From positions 1 through 33,238 of the IMG/VR virus record IMGVR_UViG_3300030376_006155: a stretch of 33,238 nt of DNA; one strand, 5' to 3'. The notes below the pieces were generated by a model, which was given only the letters and a program-made list of their open reading frames with translations, ran no database searches and had not been told where the DNA came from. A program made the position numbers and the translations under genes. How positions within the stretch are numbered: the first letter of the stretch is position 1; every line of letters starts with the position of its first letter. Positions 1 through 8,623 of this stretch are shown here, one piece after another. This stretch comes from a virus (taxonomy: Duplodnaviria > Caudoviricetes).

Positions 1-727
1 CTAAGCCTGAACAAATCTATAAGAAGGTAACTGTATCTTACAATAAGGATTATGCACAAGATTCATATTTAAAAACAGTAAATCGGGGTAATGTTTATGA
101 TACTACAGGTATAGGGGCTGACCCACACTATGGGATTGAAAAGTCAGAAGATGCTCATTTAGAGTTTGAATCAGACTATATAAGGCATAATGCTGACGAT
201 GGAGCAACTGCTGATAAATTAGCTGAATTTTTATATGAGCAATATAGAAATGACCATTTAACATTCAATCTTAGACTGCCTTTAAAGTATATTGATTTAG
301 AGATTGGGGATTTAGTTAAATTCAGAGAGTTATTTCAAGGTGTAAAGGCTTATGGGATTGATTATAGGACAATTACATTACAAGGATATGGAGCTAACTT
401 AGATTATCAATGGCTCTATCCCTTATTTATAATTACTTCTACTACAAAGAATTTAGATTCAGTATCTATTGAGTGTATGCAATTACATCATTTAGTGCCA
501 AGTTTGCATGGTACTGATGCTTCTTATGCAGCGAGTGTTTTGAGTTACAAATGGTTCAATGGTCTACCTTATGATAATGGTGTAGTTGGTGGGGCAAGTT
601 ATTATGGAGAGGGTGTAAATGGTACCTTCTACTTCTCTGATTCTGAGCCTCTTGTTATTCCCGAAGACCTTGCAACTGAAATTGTTATTACTCCACCTAA
701 TATAATAATAGATGCACCTATTACAAC
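1..727 (+). repeat. Terminal overlap, copy A (pairs with 32593-33238)
   Basis: 1-77 is identical to 32593-32669 and 643-727 is identical to 33154-33238. The interiors are homologous but diverged. Confidence 0.95.
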
Positions 728-1679
728 AGATATAGATACAGAGGAATTTACTTATGACCTACACACTCATCAAGCAACTGTTATTGATGGTGACCAAGCA
801 GGCACAGATATAACCGATTTACTTGTAGTTGAATCAATGGGGCAAACTTTTACAGGAGGACAATCACATTTTGTAGGTGAAGTTGATACTGATACAAATC
901 AAATTGCAGTAACATATAGTATTACAAGCCCTACAACAGGTCTACAATCCATTCAAATCTTTAATTACAATATTAATATTAGAGAACGTCAATTACCTAC
1001 TGTTACTGTAACTCCAATGGCAGGGGCAGATTTAGGAGGGGATGTATGGTATAGTGAAATACTTGCAGAGGCAGGTATTCAGTTTGAACATTATATTAAG
1101 CTAGCAGATAATATGGATGCTAATTATTGGGAAAAATATGTATATAATACAAGCGAATTTCAGGAAATACAATATAGTGCTGTAGATAATGATAATGGCG
1201 AAGACTTAACTAATTCTGTTGTTCTTGTTGCTGCAGGTATGATTAACCAATTGTTGCTTGAAGGGCAAGGTCACCAACCTTATCAACACGACCCTATTAG
1301 TATAGCACTCAGCAGTTGGCAGTCAGGGAATTATCTACACCTTTTAGAGGAAGGCGTGCCTCGTTATCTTACTTCAACTGTGATGGCTTTTGTTTGGTCT
1401 GATTATGGGTTATATGAATATGTAAAGTGGCATGTAAGAATTGAATTGCCTCAGGTAGAATATGGGAATTTTGACTTAATACCATCAGGAGATATAAACT
1501 TAGATGGAGTGGTTGATATACTTGATGTCGTTAGAGTGGTGAACTATATATTAGCTGACCAAGAAGGGTCTGCACCTGCTCTATTTGAGGAACAATTACA
1601 TCAAGCAGATATAACTCAGGATGGAGCTATTAATGTATTAGATATTGTTACCCTTGTAAATGTAATTATGGAGAACTAA
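3..1679 (+). CDS. C-terminal part (allele A) of the large tail-tip/hub protein that starts at 30612; ends in a dockerin-like domain (1488-1676)
   Basis: Frame is open from position 3 (KPEQIYKKVTVSYNKDY...) into the 477 ORF, so ATG477 is internal. The same peptide is in frame at 32595. The C-terminus has duplicated Ca-loop/helix motifs GDINLDGVVDILDVV and ADITQDGAINVLDIV. Confidence 0.85.
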   Translation, partial: KPEQIYKKVTVSYNKDYAQDSYLKTVNRGNVYDTTGIGADPHYGIEKSEDAHLEFESDYIRHNADDGATADKLAEFLYEQYRNDHLTFNLRLPLKYIDLEIGDLVKFRELFQGVKAYGIDYRTITLQGYGANLDYQWLYPLFIITSTTKNLDSVSIECMQLHHLVPSLHGTDASYAASVLSYKWFNGLPYDNGVVGGASYYGEGVNGTFYFSDSEPLVIPEDLATEIVITPPNIIIDAPITTDIDTEEFTYDLHTHQATVIDGDQAGTDITDLLVVESMGQTFTGGQSHFVGEVDTDTNQIAVTYSITSPTTGLQSIQIFNYNINIRERQLPTVTVTPMAGADLGGDVWYSEILAEAGIQFEHYIKLADNMDANYWEKYVYNTSEFQEIQYSAVDNDNGEDLTNSVVLVAAGMINQLLLEGQGHQPYQHDPISIALSSWQSGNYLHLLEEGVPRYLTSTVMAFVWSDYGLYEYVKWHVRIELPQVEYGNFDLIPSGDINLDGVVDILDVVRVVNYILADQEGSAPALFEEQLHQADITQDGAINVLDIVTLVNVIMEN

Positions 1680-2302
1680 TGATTACTTATGGAAATGGTG
1701 AAGTTTTATTTGATGGTTCTTCTAAAGGCTTTGAGATGAGATACAGAGGTACAATTACAATTACCAATAGCCCTGATAATCTTTTCTTATCTGCAAATAA
1801 AACTAAGATTGTAGGGATAATGCTTGATGGTACAGATATGCCACAAGAATTATTTAATTATGTTGGAGAGCTGAGAGTTATATCTTGTAAGTCAGTACAA
1901 GGGAATGCCTTAGAAAGAGAACGAGTTTCTCTTCAGGGTGTTGACTATTGGGAATTAGATAGTGAAAAATGGGAAGATGATGGGTCACTATGGGGTACAA
2001 GAAATGGAACTTATTTAGTAGGTTCAAGGCAAAGATTTAACAAGCATAGCATTGTGGTAAATAACAATATTAAAACACAATCAGAGGGTCAATACCAGTA
2101 TAAAGATGGTAGCCCTGTACCTGCTAATGAGTTAATACATATTCATGCAGATGGGGTTGTTATGACAGGTGGAGTACATACTGAAGATTCAGTTCAAATA
2201 TACCAACCTGAAGGTAGAAGGGTAGCAACGAGACAACAAATTTCACAAATTAGACGAGCCACATCTACTACAAGTAGTTCAGGTGGTGGAGGAGGCTATT
2301 AA
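1679..2302 (+). CDS. Putative tail-associated protein with a cohesin-like beta-rich N-terminal domain
   Basis: Translationally coupled (TAATG) to the dockerin-bearing gene. Beta-strand pattern GFEMRYRG...KIVGIMLDG...LFNYVG, HIHxDG-MTG-H motif, Ser/Gly tail. Confidence 0.45.
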   Translation: MITYGNGEVLFDGSSKGFEMRYRGTITITNSPDNLFLSANKTKIVGIMLDGTDMPQELFNYVGELRVISCKSVQGNALERERVSLQGVDYWELDSEKWEDDGSLWGTRNGTYLVGSRQRFNKHSIVVNNNIKTQSEGQYQYKDGSPVPANELIHIHADGVVMTGGVHTEDSVQIYQPEGRRVATRQQISQIRRATSTTSSSGGGGGY

Positions 2303-3417
2303 TGGCTTATCAGAACGTAGGCACACCAAGATTTTATGTGGATTGGACAAGCTATTTGTTGAGTCAAGGCATAATTCAAAGTTATGAACCTGTAAGGATT
2401 ACACAGGATGGTAAGGGTTTATATACACACATAGGGATGTTAAACCCAACACAGCAAAGACATTGGTACGCCACAGAAGATGGAATTGGAGATGGAGGCG
2501 AATGTGGGATAATGTTTAAAACTCCAAATGGCTCAGTCTTAGATATGGAAGACGTTAATTGGTCAGGAGTTTTGGGTCATAATTTAGGTGATTATAATGG
2601 ATACAGAATAGGAACAGCATTTAGATTAGCTGCTGCTGCAGGTTTTCCAAAATTAAATTTAACAAATCCAATAGTAAATTGTGATATTGCAGGCAATTTG
2701 ATGCAACCAACTTTAAGTGGATTTAGTTTATGTGAAGCAGATGGCACTACAGCCAATACAACCCAAGACATAATAACAGGCATATATGCTTTAAATAGAG
2801 GTCAACAAAGTGCCGATGATATACTAAAGTTTGGCTCATTTTGCTTTGGTGAATATTACGATATGCCACATTCTCCTGACTTAAATTTAAAGATGACAAT
2901 AGAAATGGATGGAGTTAAGACCATCCAAAGTAAGGGAGGTGCTACGCTCAGTAATGCTTCTTATACTAAACCTGCTGATTGGGGAGATATGGGAGCTTGG
3001 CAATTAGGGGAAGCATCAAATCTTCGTAATGGAAGAAGAAGTTGGGACTTATCATTTAGTTATCTATCAGATACAGACGTATTCCCAATAAATGCAAGTA
3101 CAGGTTATGAAAATATTACATCAGATGGTTATTATACAGGTGTAGAAGGGGCATTAGTAAATCCTACTACAGATGTTGTAGATATAAACACCAATGAGGA
3201 TTTATTTGATACTAATGTTTTAAGTGGAAGTGATTTCTTTTCAGTTGTATGGAATAAAACTATGGGTGGACATTTACCATTCATATTTCAGCCTGACAAT
3301 AACAATAATAATCCTGACCAATTTGCAATAGCAAGATTTGATATGAACTCACTACAGTACGAACAAGTAGCAAACAATGTTTATAATGTTAAATTAAAGA
3401 TAAGGGAGAGTTGGTAA
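2302..3417 (+). CDS. Putative distal-tail (Dit/gpM-like) virion protein
   Basis: In the tail module. C-terminal RRSWDLSFSYL...PFIFQPD...ARF...YNVKLKIRESW pattern resembles distal tail proteins. Confidence 0.5.
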   Translation: MAYQNVGTPRFYVDWTSYLLSQGIIQSYEPVRITQDGKGLYTHIGMLNPTQQRHWYATEDGIGDGGECGIMFKTPNGSVLDMEDVNWSGVLGHNLGDYNGYRIGTAFRLAAAAGFPKLNLTNPIVNCDIAGNLMQPTLSGFSLCEADGTTANTTQDIITGIYALNRGQQSADDILKFGSFCFGEYYDMPHSPDLNLKMTIEMDGVKTIQSKGGATLSNASYTKPADWGDMGAWQLGEASNLRNGRRSWDLSFSYLSDTDVFPINASTGYENITSDGYYTGVEGALVNPTTDVVDINTNEDLFDTNVLSGSDFFSVVWNKTMGGHLPFIFQPDNNNNNPDQFAIARFDMNSLQYEQVANNVYNVKLKIRESW

Positions 3418-3424
3418 TGGGGAC

Positions 3425-3877
3425 GTGTTATTCGGGTTCGTTTTCGTATTTTTCGGATGGTGGGGAGAACATTTGGATGAACATCCAATGGGAGGATACT
3501 CCTGTCCAATATATTGTTCAGTAGAGCATAACCATTTGAGGTTTACAGGCAAAGTAGAAAATGGCAAGTTAAAACTCTATGATAGGGAGGGGTTTAAACG
3601 CAGCTTATCCCAATATGAGGGTGAAGTATGGCTTGAAGTAAAAGAAGCCGAAAAAACCCATTCTCCTAAGCAAAACGCATACTATAGGGCTATTATAAGA
3701 GAGATTGCTAATGAACTTGGCTACACAGAAGACGAAATGCACAAAACCACTAAACAGTTATTTGAAATTGAATCTACTAAGGATTTATCTGTTGCTGATT
3801 TCTCTGATTACCTTGATAAGATAATAATTCATTTTGCACAATTAGGGTATCCTGTTCAAGACCCTCGTGGTCGTTAA
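3425..3877 (+). CDS. NinB/Orf-like recombination protein; true start may be TTG at 3536
   Basis: SPKQNAYYRAIIREIA...EMH...STKDLSVADFSDYLDKI matches NinB-like motifs. Confidence 0.65.
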   Translation: MLFGFVFVFFGWWGEHLDEHPMGGYSCPIYCSVEHNHLRFTGKVENGKLKLYDREGFKRSLSQYEGEVWLEVKEAEKTHSPKQNAYYRAIIREIANELGYTEDEMHKTTKQLFEIESTKDLSVADFSDYLDKIIIHFAQLGYPVQDPRGR

Positions 3878-4565
3878 AGTTTGGGCATTTGCTGACTTTA
3901 GGACTATATGTCCTGTTGTGTTCGTCAGGCACTATTATACCACAATCAATTTTTTCTTTAAGGTATTCAATATATTCATCTGTATAAACCACAACCCCAT
4001 TCTTTAATTTATTTGTAGTAAAATTTCTGGCAGTTATGTCATAAGGCAGATTTATATGTACACCTTTTAATTTGTTCGCCTTTTTATTCTTGGATTTAAA
4101 GTTCCTATATCGCCAAGCCCTATCTGTATCTGAAAATATGTGTAAGTTATAATATTGGTTATTGTAGTCTATTCTAATATCAACACCCTTATTGTCCAAA
4201 AACTTATCACGCATTACATTGGATTCTCCAAAAATCTTTTGGCACTTAAAGTAGGCTTGGTATTCAGTAAGTATTGAAACTTGGGTTCTGTATAATCGTG
4301 CCTCAACGCCATATAAAAAATCATTCCACTCTATATGAGAATAATGCTCCTTGTAGTGTTCCTGTAAATAGGTATGAACCTCTGATATATATTCTTTATA
4401 AAAATCTTCAAAGCCAAGCCAAAATTTCTTATCAAAGAAATAATACTCAAGCCATTGATTAGGATTTAACTCTCCCCTTAAATCTATTTCAACTGTCTTA
4501 TTTCTCTGAAACTTATAGTTTAATTTTAACTTTGATAAAAAATTTACGAATCTACTCTCTTCCAT
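3777..4565 (-). CDS. TaqI-like PD-(D/E)XK restriction endonuclease with no cognate methyltransferase
   Basis: GVEARLYRTQVSILTE...FG...LDNKGVDIRIDY resembles TaqI-family endonucleases as I recall them; not confirmed by search. Confidence 0.55.
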   Translation of the reverse strand: MEESRFVNFLSKLKLNYKFQRNKTVEIDLRGELNPNQWLEYYFFDKKFWLGFEDFYKEYISEVHTYLQEHYKEHYSHIEWNDFLYGVEARLYRTQVSILTEYQAYFKCQKIFGESNVMRDKFLDNKGVDIRIDYNNQYYNLHIFSDTDRAWRYRNFKSKNKKANKLKGVHINLPYDITARNFTTNKLKNGVVVYTDEYIEYLKEKIDCGIIVPDEHNRTYSPKVSKCPNFNDHEGLEQDTLIVQNELLSYQGNQRNQQQINP

Positions 4566-4566
4566 T

Positions 4567-4869
4567 TTATAACATCTCCACAGGAAATTCTTTGTAATTA
4601 TTGTTTTTCATTTTAAAAACCCATCTACTCCTAAAAAATTCATATGCCCAATGCTCAAACATCTCTTTGCCATCAGTTATACTTGGGTTTATACATATGA
4701 AGGTTTCATAATAATTTGTTATTGAATGTGAAATAATATCTCTGTTCTCTTCTTTCCATTCGCAATGCTCAGCTCTAAGCCCACAATTTTCCATATTATA
4801 AAAATTGTCAAACACACCCTCAAGTTGCTTGGAATCCATATCTTTTGATTTCATTGCTTCTTTTTCCAT
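4567..4869 (-). CDS. Hypothetical protein upstream of the endonuclease
   Basis: ORF with a GGAG/AAGG RBS, preceded by an AT-rich intergenic gap. Confidence 0.7.
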   Translation of the reverse strand: MEKEAMKSKDMDSKQLEGVFDNFYNMENCGLRAEHCEWKEENRDIISHSITNYYETFICINPSITDGKEMFEHWAYEFFRSRWVFKMKNNNYKEFPVEML

Positions 4870-4962
4870 CCTTAACTCCCTGTTAATATTTATAAATTAT
4901 TGTATATGTAATATTAACTTACGTTGTGCTGAGTTTCCAAATCTTTTCTTAAAAATCTAGGA

Positions 4963-5241
4963 CTAAAAGGGGTTTTCTCGTCTAAACCCTTTATTCATTT
5001 GGTATGAAACTTTCCAAAGATTAACGTGGTTTAAGCGTGAGAAATCCGTATCACCAATCTGATGCCACTCTTGATGATGCTGTCGGCAAAGGGGGACACA
5101 AGAAAAATCCTCCACGCAATCCTTCTTTCTGTTACCCCCCATACCTATCGTGTCCAAGTGGTGGGCATCCACAGGTGAACTCCCACATACGCTACAACCA
5201 AAAGTTTTAACGAAATTTATAAATTCCTTATTTAAGCTCAC
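4963..5241 (-). CDS. DUF968/HNH-like zinc-binding nuclease
   Basis: CSVCG...DAHH...VPLCRQHHQEWH motif. Confidence 0.7.
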   Translation of the reverse strand: MSLNKEFINFVKTFGCSVCGSSPVDAHHLDTIGMGGNRKKDCVEDFSCVPLCRQHHQEWHQIGDTDFSRLNHVNLWKVSYQMNKGFRRENPF

Positions 5242-5608
5242 TAAACAGCCTATCTTTCAACTCTTTGTTCTCTATTTCAAGGGCTTCGTTGTGCGAATAT
5301 AATTCGTTATTCCGAGTAATCATCTCACCTAACTTCTGTACTGTCATTGTCGCATAACTTCCTGTTCTATTTCCCTTAAAGATTTGGAAATCCACTTCTT
5401 CATTCGGAATATAAAATGGCGATATTTGGGCTTTGCATTTAGCCTGCCACTTATACTCGTCATTAAGAGTCCCATCAACTCCTTCAGTAAGACCCATAGA
5501 ACGACCATCACTCCCCCAAGCACGCCTACAAGATAAGCCAATAGCCTCAAAAAAATTAACAATCCATCTTTCATAGTTATTCCCCTTTATTTTACTTTTA
5601 TTGGTCAT
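5228..5608 (-). CDS. Hjc-type Holliday junction resolvase (PD-(D/E)XK)
   Basis: SKIKGNNYER...RRAWGS...VD...QAK. Start placed at MTNK (5608). Confidence 0.7.
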   Translation of the reverse strand: MTNKSKIKGNNYERWIVNFFEAIGLSCRRAWGSDGRSMGLTEGVDGTLNDEYKWQAKCKAQISPFYIPNEEVDFQIFKGNRTGSYATMTVQKLGEMITRNNELYSHNEALEIENKELKDRLFSELK

Positions 5609-5828
5609 CTTCCCACTCCTTATATCTTTTGCTTTGTTTATACTTACTTCCAAATGTTTCCCTCATTGCACACACCTTACATACTGTTCTATTCTCAGGA
5701 TTAGCAAGTAGTTTTATAATTGCAGGGTGTGGCTTCAATAAATAAAAAATGGCGTTTACTTTTCTAACGCCACATAATTCACACTTCCTTGTTTGCTTGA
5801 CCGTTGGTGTAATTCTCAATAGAGCCAA
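5598..5828 (-). CDS. Small CxxC...CxxC zinc-binding protein (start uncertain)
   Basis: CELC and CKVC; lies within the operon. Confidence 0.55.
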   Translation of the reverse strand: MALLRITPTVKQTRKCELCGVRKVNAIFYLLKPHPAIIKLLANPENRTVCKVCAMRETFGSKYKQSKRYKEWEDDQ

Positions 5829-6042
5829 TCCCTTTTTTATTTAGGTTCTCACTAACTAATTCAAGCAATCTCTTTTGAGTTATCTCTATTAGTTGCTCTG
5901 TTACCTTAGTCCCAAATTCAGTATTTTTGCCAAATAGAAAGTTCCCATCATCGTCATATACTGACAATTCCCTAAACTTTTTTAATTGACTCCTGTACAT
6001 AGCCATTATGCTATCTCTTGCTCTTTGACTTGCTGTTCCCAT
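5779..6042 (-). CDS. Hypothetical protein
   Basis: AAAGGAG RBS; operon context. Confidence 0.7.
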   Translation of the reverse strand: MGTASQRARDSIMAMYRSQLKKFRELSVYDDDGNFLFGKNTEFGTKVTEQLIEITQKRLLELVSENLNKKGIGSIENYTNGQANKEV

Positions 6043-6257
6043 TTGACTCCTTTCTGCTGTTTATTGCAATCAAAACAAAATTCTCGGTCTAATTTATAAC
6101 TTGGCATATCTAAATGCTTTCTGCATTGCATTCCCTTACCCATATGCCAATATTTCTCCCATACAGTTTTACATTCCAAACAATATTTTAGATTACAAGG
6201 TTCTGATTTTGATGGCATCGGTAATCCCTGTAAATAGTTACTTATTTCAGACTTCAT
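6006..6257 (-). CDS. Small Cys-rich hypothetical protein
   Basis: CLEC and CFDC; GAGG RBS. Confidence 0.65.
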   Translation of the reverse strand: MKSEISNYLQGLPMPSKSEPCNLKYCLECKTVWEKYWHMGKGMQCRKHLDMPSYKLDREFCFDCNKQQKGVKWEQQVKEQEIA

Positions 6258-6430
6258 TTTACCTCACAATATAATTTACATTCAGTACACATAGGTCTAT
6301 CGTGATAGACTTTAATTTTTGCATTATGGCAGTCGCTTAAAAGCATATAATCTTTATTCCTGCTTATATCCCAATATATAATTGATATTGCGAATACTAA
6401 CCATAATCCTGCTACTAATTTATAATTCAT
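6254..6430 (-). CDS. Small membrane protein with a Cys cluster (58 aa)
   Basis: Hand translation MNYKLVAGLWLVFAISIIYW...CTECKLYCEVK; ATGA overlap with the next gene. Confidence 0.6.
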   Translation of the reverse strand: MNYKLVAGLWLVFAISIIYWDISRNKDYMLLSDCHNAKIKVYHDRPMCTECKLYCEVK

Positions 6431-6432
6431 TC

Positions 6433-6594
6433 TTAATCCTTAATATTCATTGTCTTGACAATACTTGGGCAATGTATAATATCCCCCTGCCTGTACCACT
6501 TCTTGCCACAAGCATCTGTATATTCAGTTATACGCCCATAGTCACTTCTTGCAATAGAGTTACCCTCATTGTCAAACATCTCTAATATCTTCAT
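6433..6594 (-). CDS. Hypothetical protein (53 aa)
   Basis: Hand translation MKILEMFDNEG...; AAGGAG RBS. Confidence 0.6.
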   Translation of the reverse strand: MKILEMFDNEGNSIARSDYGRITEYTDACGKKWYRQGDIIHCPSIVKTMNIKD

Positions 6595-6614
6595 TCTTTC
6601 TCCTTGATACCCAT

Positions 6615-6751
6615 AGCCACAGGGTTGCTAATTCGTGGTCAGCAACTGAAAATCACTTGCCTGTGGCTCTATTGGATAATGGGGTGGGCATAGGTGGACA
6701 GGCTGAATAAAACCTGTCCGTAGGGATGAAAGGTAAAACCCTAACTATGCC
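6615..6751 (-). ncRNA. Intergenic multi-stem RNA structure
   Basis: Perfect stems 6615-23/6660-68, 6624-29/6641-46, 6687-93/6745-51, 6696-6702/6713-19 and 6721-25/6739-43. Strand is inferred from the operon. Confidence 0.55.
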
Positions 6752-6948
6752 TCAAAAATTTCTCTTTCTGTTTCTCTTGCAATAGGATTATCAATATGAC
6801 TCAATCCCTCTAAAGCCACCTTGATTTTATTCTGAGCATTAATGAGCAAATCAATAGCATCTGAGAGTTCTTTTTCAAGCTCTCTTATTCTTTGCTCTTT
6901 GTTCCACAAATCCTTCATTGCTTCCTCTTTTTGATATTCTTCATCCAT
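6745..6948 (-). CDS. Coiled-coil hypothetical protein
   Basis: Heptad-like composition; RBS present. Confidence 0.65.
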   Translation of the reverse strand: MDEEYQKEEAMKDLWNKEQRIRELEKELSDAIDLLINAQNKIKVALEGLSHIDNPIARETEREIFEA

Positions 6949-6969
6949 ACTACTATCCCTTTATGAATA

Positions 6970-7371
6970 TTAAATAGCATTTCTAGTCGGTGTTAAATCT
7001 TTACCACAGCACACGCTTTGCTCTTGGTGTATTTGAAATTTATCATAGAAATCACTTTTCCCACAGGAAGAACAATAGCCAATTCTCGCATTGCCTGTTG
7101 AGTCTGATTTATAATCAGTAGCAAGAATTTTCTTTTGATTAACAACCTCAATCTCAAAGTCATCTTCCCAATTCTCGCCATTTATAAAAGTTGAGGGGTG
7201 TTTTATAAACTGTGGTTCTGTTCCCTGAACCTCAATCTGTTTAATGTAATTCTTAACCCCTTCAATACACTCTGATTGAGTTTTTTTAGGTAGCCTGTTG
7301 AAAGATACCCTTGCTCGTTTTTTCTCCTTTTTTCGTGGGTATATAGCCCAAAAATCATCAAATTTTCCCAT
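6970..7371 (-). CDS. DnaT-like / replisome-organiser C-terminal domain protein with a Cys tail
   Basis: FDDFWAIYPRK...KHPSTFING..WED motif; no N-terminal HTH. Start placed at MGKF. Confidence 0.7.
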   Translation of the reverse strand: MGKFDDFWAIYPRKKEKKRARVSFNRLPKKTQSECIEGVKNYIKQIEVQGTEPQFIKHPSTFINGENWEDDFEIEVVNQKKILATDYKSDSTGNARIGYCSSCGKSDFYDKFQIHQEQSVCCGKDLTPTRNAI

Positions 7372-7382
7372 AGTTACCCCTT

Positions 7383-7589
7383 CTACCATAATTTTGCCCT
7401 TTTCTTTTTTCTTAAATTAGTTTGGTAAACTCTAACACAAGGTAAGCACCAAGACTTATTCGCCCCATATTCATCAAGGCTGACATCTTTATTACATTTA
7501 AGACAAATCCTGCCACCTTTGGTTTGGCGTTCATTAAAGCGTTGGGAGATAACCTTAGAGTTACCTCCCTCTTGCGAACCTTTAGCCAT
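7383..7589 (-). CDS. Small zinc-finger protein
   Basis: CLKC...CLPC, basic C-terminus. Confidence 0.6.
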   Translation of the reverse strand: MAKGSQEGGNSKVISQRFNERQTKGGRICLKCNKDVSLDEYGANKSWCLPCVRVYQTNLRKKKRAKLW

Positions 7590-7864
7590 TAAAATGGAAG
7601 GTCATCATCTGTTGTTGAAGCAGTCATAGTTTCACCACCACCAAAAACAAACTCTTTGCCATTACCTAAATAGTTCTTAGGGGTTTTGGCTTCACGTTCC
7701 TCTTTAGACTGTTGCTCATAAACATAATGAGTGTCACCATATTCACTCTCACCATCCATATTTTCAGCAACAGTTATATTAGTATAAGTTCCTTTTTTAC
7801 CAACAAAAAACTTATCTTTATCTAACTTAGTTACGTCTATCTTTAGGTTTATTATTTTACCCAT
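7589..7864 (-). CDS. Phage ssDNA-binding protein
   Basis: Acidic DDDLPF C-terminus; adjacent to the annealing protein. Confidence 0.75.
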   Translation of the reverse strand: MGKIINLKIDVTKLDKDKFFVGKKGTYTNITVAENMDGESEYGDTHYVYEQQSKEEREAKTPKNYLGNGKEFVFGGGETMTASTTDDDLPF

Positions 7865-7865
7865 T

Positions 7866-8417
7866 TTATTGCTCCTTTATTATGTTATCTAACTTATCTA
7901 TATAGTCACTTGCTTGTTTTTTGCTTAGACCAACAAACTCAATGTGATTTTTTACATTGGCTTGTAGTTCAAGTTGCATAATCAAGTTCATTTGCTTGTT
8001 GGACATAGGCTTAAATTCCACCTTGCCAATATCCTTTTTAGGCTCAGCAGGTTTCTTGAAGGTATCTGCTTCTGAGTCCGAATATATGCCATATTCGTAG
8101 GCATTTATAAGTTTTAGGATACATCTATCAACTCCACGCTTTTCAGCCATAGAGCCATAGTATTTGGATTGACAATTTTCTTTACTTGCTTCACCTATTG
8201 ATGCAATTTCCTTATCCCCTTTAGCCATAGTAATTAAGAATCTACAAAAATCTCTCTCACTATTAAGCGTATCCCAATTTTTAAGCACTATGTCTTCCAT
8301 TGATGCAATCTTCTCACAGGCATCGTGAGTTATAATCCACTTACCGCTCTGCTTATGCTTCCAAAAGTCATTCTTTGGGTCAAGATTATATTTACTTGCT
8401 AAGTCTTTAATTTCCAT
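7866..8417 (-). CDS. Putative ssDNA-annealing recombinase (Rad52/Sak/Erf-like superfamily)
   Basis: GEAS..N...MAEKRGVDR.ILK...YS..EAD motif, S.KQ C-terminal helix, next to SSB. Confidence 0.6.
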   Translation of the reverse strand: MEIKDLASKYNLDPKNDFWKHKQSGKWIITHDACEKIASMEDIVLKNWDTLNSERDFCRFLITMAKGDKEIASIGEASKENCQSKYYGSMAEKRGVDRCILKLINAYEYGIYSDSEADTFKKPAEPKKDIGKVEFKPMSNKQMNLIMQLELQANVKNHIEFVGLSKKQASDYIDKLDNIIKEQ

Positions 8418-8623
8418 TATTGCCCTTCCTGTACACTATAAATTTCTTGTGCAGTACATCCAAGTTCTTCACATAGTCTTGCTACATAGATTCCACTTGG
8501 CTGTCGGTGGTTGTTCACCCAATATGAGAAAGCAGTATCAGAAACTCCTACTTTATCTGACAGGAAACTATGTTTCATTCCTGTTTTGGCTACCAACTGT
8601 TTTAAGTTATTTTTAATTTCCAT
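8417..8623 (-). CDS. XRE/Cro-like HTH regulator
   Basis: LSDKVGVS..FSYWVNNHRQPS...L..LGC..EIY. Confidence 0.85.
   Translation of the reverse strand: MEIKNNLKQLVAKTGMKHSFLSDKVGVSDTAFSYWVNNHRQPSGIYVARLCEELGCTAQEIYSVQEGQ

Noticed and set aside
1-727. Biological direct terminal repeat
   Set aside because: It lies mid-gene and is identical only at k-mer-length edges, so an assembly overlap is more likely.
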